This document shows, in pieces, positions 63,884 through 64,000 of a DNA stretch of 64,000 bases. How positions within the stretch are numbered: the stretch's first letter is position 1; every line of letters starts with the position of its first letter. The position numbers and the translations under genes were made by a program. The notes beneath the pieces are model-generated. The model did not search any database. It worked only from the letters and a program-made list of their open reading frames with translations, and was not told the DNA's origin. The DNA lies in assembly GCA_947254645.1 (NCBI GenBank), contig CAMYDW010000001.1, forward strand, positions 63,433 through 127,432, written 5' to 3'. Source of the DNA: an uncultured Peptococcaceae bacterium (GTDB taxonomy: Bacteria; Bacillota; Peptococcia; Peptococcales; Peptococcaceae).

Positions 63884-64000
63884 GTGTTGCTTCATGTGAG
63901 TTATATTGTTGCTATTGTTCTTTTCATTGGTTGTTCTGCCTTCTTTACAGCGGCAGAAATGTCTATTTTCAAAGCCAGTCCGATTGTACTGCGTCACTGG
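63884..64000 (+). CDS. CNNM/DUF21-family (hemolysin/CorC-like) membrane protein, 5' fragment truncated by the window end
   Basis: GTG start after GGAGAGAGG; N-terminal DUF21-like motif SAFFTAAEMSIF. Confidence 0.5.
   Translation, partial: MLLHVSYIVAIVLFIGCSAFFTAAEMSIFKASPIVLRHW

Overview
The window is a 64 kb chromosomal segment from a low-GC Firmicutes genome (Shine-Dalgarno-type RBSs, T-box and FMN riboswitches, an rplU-prp-rpmA-obg block, pflAB; probably Erysipelotrichia- or Lactobacillales-like). Most of it is core genes with clean operon structure and many bidirectional terminators. I found no CRISPR array, transposase, integrase or prophage genes.

Core content, in order:
- trxA, tag, and an lctP permease with a divergent LldR-like GntR regulator and GACCAATT operator repeats
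- gpx, DMT transporters, a LysR regulator and a Crp/Fnr regulator
- two low-molecular-weight D,D-carboxypeptidases
- the ribD-ribE-ribBA-ribH operon behind an FMN riboswitch
- rplU-prp-rpmA with the L21 leader, then a membrane-anchored MutS-domain-V ATPase sitting where spo0B lies in Bacillus, then obg
- tmk-trpS, an aminotransferase, and T-box-controlled thrS
- pflA-pflB
- a ytrA-like GntR regulator with an ABC transporter, then msrAB
- two COG2509 FAD-dependent paralogs
- a mitochondrial-type aconitase and a solo comFC
- an amino-acid ABC transporter
- a CDF metal exporter with a structured, terminator-containing leader (candidate NiCo/czcD riboswitch)
- MtgA and PBP1A, glpK, a RelQ-type small alarmone synthetase, a GDPD phosphodiesterase, a CPBP protease, tRNA-Lys(CUU) and an Rrf2 regulator.

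The two most unusual regions:
- An accessory-looking island at 8.8-16.2 kb. It holds a cytoplasmic aryl-sulfate sulfotransferase (ASST) flanked by two paralogous ion-transporter-superfamily permeases, a second Crp/Fnr paralog, a YoaK/DUF1275 membrane protein and a YgbA-like Cys-rich protein. Two of its promoters share a near-identical 17-bp palindromic motif, which suggests a dedicated regulon.
- A solitary, monocistronic TIR-like domain protein wedged between the rib operon and rplU.
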